Below the pieces are notes generated by a model. That model did not search any database and was not told the origin of the DNA. It worked only from the letters and a program-made list of their open reading frames with translations. From assembly GCA_039630055.1 (NCBI GenBank), contig JBCNVN010000002.1:32001-96000 (forward strand): a DNA stretch of 64,000 bases, given 5' to 3'. Source of the DNA: Candidatus Caldarchaeales archaeon. Lineage in GTDB: Archaea > Thermoproteota > Nitrososphaeria_A > Caldarchaeales > Wolframiiraptoraceae. The translations under genes were made by a program, and so were the position numbers. This document shows, piece after piece, positions 59,276 to 64,000 of the stretch; positions within the stretch are counted from its first letter, which is position 1, and each line of letters begins with the position of its first letter.

Positions 59276-60333
59276 TATAAAGCAAACTCATATGATGAAG
59301 AAGTTAGCTTTGTTACTCCATCTCTACCTACTACTAGTGTATCCTCTAACCTTATACCGAATTTTTTCGGTAGGTAGACTCCTGGCTCAATAGTGATTAC
59401 ATTATTCTCTTGAAGTATCTCTTGACTTACTTGATTGATCCTAGGAGGCTCATGTACTTCTATCCCTATACCATGTCCAAGCCCATGTATGAAAAACTCA
59501 CCGTAACCTTTAGAACCGATATACGTTCTAGCCGCTTCATCGATCGATGAAGCAAGAATCCATGATTTCGTATTCTCTTCAACCAAGTTCTTAGTCTCTA
59601 AGATGATGTTATATAGATTTAATTTTTCTTCGGGAGGATTCGATCCAATATAGTAGGTTCGGGTCATATCAGCACAGTATCCATTATAAGATGCACCGAG
59701 GTCTACAATTACTACATCTCCCTTCATAAATTGTCTATCACCATGTCCACCGTGAGGGAGGGATGATCTTGAGCTGGATGCGACGATTATGTCGAAGGCT
59801 GGTTTATCAGCTCCACTATTAATCATCTCCTCTAATACTTCAGCCTTAACCTCAGATTCTCTAACTCCTTCATTGATTATCTGTGATGCAAGATCCATGC
59901 AGTTAGAAGATATTTCTGCAGCTTTCTTTATCTTCTCCAACTCATCCATGTCTTTTATTGTTCTAAGTTTCCAAACTAAGTCTGGAGAAGGCTCGACTGC
60001 TTCTACATGTTCCGTAATCTTCAGATACTGTTCTACCTCAATTTTATCGAACCCAACTCTCCTTCTATACTCACTCGGCAACATCATAATAACATCGATG
60101 AGGGTTGATGTTATCTTGAGTCTATTAACTTCTACCTCATTAATACAGTAGGTCTGAGCTGCTTCGTAATCTATTGGATAAACATAGAGCTTAGGGATCC
60201 CACTTAAAGGAATGGTCAAGAAGCCTTGCCCCATAAACTGGGTGAAATAGAATATGTTTGCAGGAGAGGTTAAGATCAATAAAGAAAAGTTTAATTCTTC
60301 CATCAAGTCTTGGAGCCTACTTATTCTATCCAT
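59272..60333 (-). CDS. Xaa-Pro dipeptidase/aminopeptidase P (M24B)
   Basis: LPHG, DLGA..GY.ADMTRT, HGLGHGIGIEVHEPP, TIEPG, GIRLED. Confidence 0.93.
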   Translation of the reverse strand: MDRISRLQDLMEELNFSLLILTSPANIFYFTQFMGQGFLTIPLSGIPKLYVYPIDYEAAQTYCINEVEVNRLKITSTLIDVIMMLPSEYRRRVGFDKIEVEQYLKITEHVEAVEPSPDLVWKLRTIKDMDELEKIKKAAEISSNCMDLASQIINEGVRESEVKAEVLEEMINSGADKPAFDIIVASSSRSSLPHGGHGDRQFMKGDVVIVDLGASYNGYCADMTRTYYIGSNPPEEKLNLYNIILETKNLVEENTKSWILASSIDEAARTYIGSKGYGEFFIHGLGHGIGIEVHEPPRINQVSQEILQENNVITIEPGVYLPKKFGIRLEDTLVVGRDGVTKLTSSSYEFALY

Positions 60334-60515
60334 TTCAACCTTCCTTCTATGAGGAGCTTATTTAAATATTGTCCTAACACTTTCTATACGAAATCAAACT
60401 ATATCCTTGAAATTTAAAAGTAAGACAACATGTTTCTCTTAGTATTAACATATATCCACTAAATTAGGATATATTAATTAATGATTAATAAAATAATCCA
60501 AATTATAGTAAAAGG

Positions 60516-63500
60516 ATGGTTTATATAAAAAGGTTGACTATTCAAGGGTTTAAGTCCTTCAGCTCTAAGAGGACTACTATAGATCTTGAGAAGGGGCTAG
60601 TAGTTATAACAGGGCCAAATGGTGGAGGAAAATCTAACATTCTGGACGCTATAAGATTTGCACTAGGAGAATTAAGCGCACATAATCTCAGAGTGGGTAA
60701 GATGTCTGAGCTGATACATGATAACCAGCAGAATTCTGGAGCTAAAGTAACATTAACACTAGACAATTCGGAAAGGATACTGCCTATAGATTCTTCTGAA
60801 GTAACCATAACTAGAAGACTTGATAAGAGTGGAGAAAGCGAGTATATACTCAATGGTAAACAAGTATCTAGGGTTGAACTCTTGACCATCCTCTCTATGT
60901 CGAATATAAGACCCTCAGGCTTCAATATAGTCTCACAAGGTTCAGTTACATCTATAGCAGAGATGAGCGGTGTAGAGCTTAGGAGAATTTTAGAAGATAT
61001 TTCAGGAATAGGAGAGTATGAGAGAAAGAAACAGGAGGCTGAAGAACAATTAAAGATCGCGGAGAAGAATATAGCTATAGCTAAGGCTGGAACAACAGAG
61101 GTTAAGTTGAGAGTAAACCAGCTTCAGAAAGAGAGAAACGAAGCATATAGAAAAAACCATGTAGAGAATCTTCTATCCATCATAAAATCCATCAAACTAA
61201 AGAATGTTCTAGACAGTTTGGAGTCAGAATTAAAAAGTCTAGACTTTGATTCTACTAGACTAGAAGAAGAGATTACGAATATCCAGAATACTAGAGCAAG
61301 ATACTTAGAAGATCAGACCAGGATAGAGATGGAAAGACTCAATCTTTCCAGAGAGATATCAGAGCTAGATAGAAGATTGAAAGAGTTAGAGAAGATACGG
61401 GAAACAATCAGAGTTAGTGAGATCCATCTAACATCTGAAGAATCTACGATAAAAGAGAGATTAAGGAATATTGATCTCGAGATATCAGATCTAAGAGAAC
61501 GTCTCAGAGAATCAATGGAACTGAAGGATTCATTGTCCCAGAAGATACAGAAAGAAAAGGTTAGATTCCTGACTCTAAAAGAATCCTTAACAAGATTAAC
61601 CGATCAAACTAATGAATGTAAAAATCAACTAGAAAGCTTAAAGGCTAGATTAGATGAATTAGAGAAAGAATTAGACCGAGCAACATCCAAAAGGATGAGG
61701 TTAGAGAAGGAGATAGAGGTCAACAAGATTAAGATGGAGGAGATGAAGAATAAGATCACCAACATTGAAAAAAATTCTAATATAATAGTTATGGATATAA
61801 TTAAAAGAAGTAGGGAGAGATTATTTCTAATAGAAAAGATAAAGAAATATTCTCTCGAACTAGAAAAGCTTCAGAGAGATCTAGAACTTTTAAACATCAA
61901 GCTAGATGAGGTGAATAGTGTTCTATCAAGAGTTATCGAAAACGAGAAGAACATGTCTGACTTATTACGTGAGATCGCTACTACCGGTATAAACCTTGGG
62001 AACGATCTAGATGAGAAAATTAAGAATTCTTTAAAGATGATAAAAGGCGTATATGGTTTCTTGGAGGAATGGATAGATTTCAAAGATGTAGATGCATGGG
62101 TGAGGTTAGAGTTAGGCAGTTCTGGATGGATACGATCTCTAGTCGTAGAAGACTGGAGAATCGGTGTCGAGTTAGCTAAAATCTTCTCTGAAGCTGGTCT
62201 AAGAATAAAGATAATACCTATAGAATCGGTTCCCATGAGAGGACATCTAAAGATTCAAGATGTAAAACCTAAGACAGATTGGGCCAAGAGAGTATTAGCA
62301 CTCCTCCTCGACAACGTAACTTTCTGTAAAGAAGTCAAATCATTTGAAAAACCTAGAAGTAAGATGGTTTATCCAAGAGGGATCATATTATATCCAGATG
62401 GAAGAATAGAGGTTGACAATCTCACCGCTAGAAGAGACTCTAGAATCTTAGCAAATGAATATGAAGAATCTATAAGATCTATAAACCTGTTGAAAGACGT
62501 CATCAAAGAACTCCATGAGAGTATAAACAGAATACGTGAATGGAAGAGTGATTTATCAGAGAGAATAGTCAAAATCGATATGGAGAAGAGGGCTGCCGAA
62601 GAAGATCTAGGAAAAATTGTTAAGCATGTTGCCGAGAATTTCTTAAGATTTACGTTTCTGGATGTTGAGAAGATCCAGATCATAAGAGAATTTTCAAAGA
62701 TAGAACAGAAAACAATCGAGTACATTAGAGAATTAGATGAATTTAAGCCTATAGATAAGATGGAGCATACACATCTAAGAGAAGAAAAAGAAAAATGTGA
62801 GGCAAAATTCTTAAATCTTTCATCTAAACGTAGTGAACTTGAAGTTGAGTTACGTGAATCTTCTAAGCTTTTTGAAGAGTATAATAGAGATTATGAGAGA
62901 CTTATGAGACAGATAGAAAAGATTGAATCTAGGCTGAATGAAAAAATTGGTGAGAAGAGAAGTTTAGAAGAGAGGTTAGCAAAGATCCTAAATGATCATG
63001 AAAAGGTCTTTTCAGATTTAAGAGAATACAACGATGAGATTGAGAAGATCGTTAGCAGATTAGAAGCTGAGAAGACAAGGCTAGAAGAATCTACAATTAA
63101 CATCTCAAAGATAAATGATAATTTAAGAGTTCTAGAAGCTAAGATTCAAGAAACTTCAAGTAGAAGACTGAGTATAGCTATTCGGAGAAGCCAGCTTGAG
63201 TCAGAGATAAGAAAAATAAGAGAAGAGCTTGACACGATTCAAGTATACGATTTTCCAATTATTCCAGTATCGATGATAGAAGAACTGGAGAGATCATTAA
63301 ATGAGGAACTAAAAAGCTTGGAGAAGATCAATCAGCTGGCTCCACAGCAGTATGAAGAGATAATCGAGAACTATAAGTTAAGATCGTCGAGGATAAGAGA
63401 ACTTGAAGAAGAGAGAGCTGAGATATTGAGGTTTATCAACTGGCTTGAAGAAGAGAAGAAAAAAACATTCATGAATACTTTCAATAAAGTTTCAGATAGC

Positions 63501-63923
63501 TTTGAGAGGTTCTTCTCAATACTAACCGGTGGTCAAGCCTGGCTTAAACTCGAAGATTTAGAGAACCCTCTAAATGGTGGGGTTGAGATGATCTTAAGAT
63601 TTCCAGGTAAATCTCCTCGCTCATCCAAGAGTGCTAGCGGAGGAGAGAAGTCGGTAGCTGCAGTATCACTCTTACTAGCACTTCAAGGGTTGACCCCTGC
63701 AGACTTCTACATATTTGATGAGGTTGACGCCCACATGGATATCCAGTACAGCACTAAACTTGCAGAGCTGTTTAGCGAGATGTCTAAGAAGACTCAGATA
63801 ATCGTGATAACTCTAAAAGATGTTATAGCCGAGAAAGCAGACCAATTGATTGGGGTCTACGTCAGAAATGGTGAGTCTAGAATTGTAAAAACAAAGATTG
63901 AGGAGGTTCTAGAAAATGTCTGA
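60516..63923 (+). CDS. smc: SMC chromosome segregation protein
   Basis: GFKSF, GPNGGGKSN, VSQG (Q-loop), long coiled coils around a hinge (GVYG...), SGGEKS, FDEVDAHMD. Confidence 0.93.
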   Translation: MVYIKRLTIQGFKSFSSKRTTIDLEKGLVVITGPNGGGKSNILDAIRFALGELSAHNLRVGKMSELIHDNQQNSGAKVTLTLDNSERILPIDSSEVTITRRLDKSGESEYILNGKQVSRVELLTILSMSNIRPSGFNIVSQGSVTSIAEMSGVELRRILEDISGIGEYERKKQEAEEQLKIAEKNIAIAKAGTTEVKLRVNQLQKERNEAYRKNHVENLLSIIKSIKLKNVLDSLESELKSLDFDSTRLEEEITNIQNTRARYLEDQTRIEMERLNLSREISELDRRLKELEKIRETIRVSEIHLTSEESTIKERLRNIDLEISDLRERLRESMELKDSLSQKIQKEKVRFLTLKESLTRLTDQTNECKNQLESLKARLDELEKELDRATSKRMRLEKEIEVNKIKMEEMKNKITNIEKNSNIIVMDIIKRSRERLFLIEKIKKYSLELEKLQRDLELLNIKLDEVNSVLSRVIENEKNMSDLLREIATTGINLGNDLDEKIKNSLKMIKGVYGFLEEWIDFKDVDAWVRLELGSSGWIRSLVVEDWRIGVELAKIFSEAGLRIKIIPIESVPMRGHLKIQDVKPKTDWAKRVLALLLDNVTFCKEVKSFEKPRSKMVYPRGIILYPDGRIEVDNLTARRDSRILANEYEESIRSINLLKDVIKELHESINRIREWKSDLSERIVKIDMEKRAAEEDLGKIVKHVAENFLRFTFLDVEKIQIIREFSKIEQKTIEYIRELDEFKPIDKMEHTHLREEKEKCEAKFLNLSSKRSELEVELRESSKLFEEYNRDYERLMRQIEKIESRLNEKIGEKRSLEERLAKILNDHEKVFSDLREYNDEIEKIVSRLEAEKTRLEESTINISKINDNLRVLEAKIQETSSRRLSIAIRRSQLESEIRKIREELDTIQVYDFPIIPVSMIEELERSLNEELKSLEKINQLAPQQYEEIIENYKLRSSRIRELEEERAEILRFINWLEEEKKKTFMNTFNKVSDSFERFFSILTGGQAWLKLEDLENPLNGGVEMILRFPGKSPRSSKSASGGEKSVAAVSLLLALQGLTPADFYIFDEVDAHMDIQYSTKLAELFSEMSKKTQIIVITLKDVIAEKADQLIGVYVRNGESRIVKTKIEEVLENV

Positions 63924-64000
63924 AAAATCATTAAATATCTGGAGTGATCCTAGATGGAAAGTATTATTTGATGTAACTAGATTGGGTAAGGTGAGAGCAT
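63916..64000 (+). CDS. Probable ScpA (kleisin) N-terminus, truncated by window end
   Basis: ATG 63916 overlaps the smc end: MSEKSLNIWSDPRWKVLFDVTRLGKVRA; position fits smc-scpA. Confidence 0.5.
   Translation, partial: MSEKSLNIWSDPRWKVLFDVTRLGKVRA

Noticed and set aside
242-62725. Numerous antisense or overlapping ORFs in the track (e.g. 3499-3927, 7695-8105, 10504-11016, 27092-27667, 62369-62725)
   Set aside because: Shadow frames of well-supported genes, with the Ser/Ile/Leu-rich composition expected from antisense translation
1-64000. CRISPR arrays, rRNA genes, IS elements, proviral genes
   Set aside because: No regularly spaced repeats, GC-rich rRNA-like tract, or transposase/integrase/capsid motifs seen

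Overview
AT-rich archaeal chromosomal segment with no rRNA, CRISPR array, transposase or integrase visible. The gene content (eS6/eS24/eS31, aIF5B, Kae1, Alba, Trm112, proteasome alpha, GPN GTPase, presenilin-like protease, SMC plus a probable ScpA, AOR, intron-containing tRNA-Met) suggests a thermophilic TACK archaeon, plausibly Aigarchaeota/Caldarchaeales-like; this is an inference. Most of the window is housekeeping or transport. The most notable part is 10-26 kb, a sulfur/metal-cofactor neighbourhood. It holds MoaA, an IscS-IscU-TusA-like-SufS block, a small YHS/CcdA metal island, and a divergent locus joining a sulfite reductase and TusA with a cysteine-synthase-like enzyme, a threonine-synthase-like enzyme, a ubiquitin-like sulfur carrier, its E1 and an AOR. 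That locus looks like a protein-thiocarboxylate sulfur assimilation pathway that is partly decaying: a 7-bp duplication frameshifts the reductase, and two genes lack canonical start codons. Other points of interest are a KaiC plus AEP primase-polymerase pair, a methyltransferase plus unknown partner, a solitary HhH/PD-(D/E)XK-like protein, a split Nnr, and pseudogenes broken by short perfect tandem duplications. All family calls come from motif recognition by eye, without database searches.
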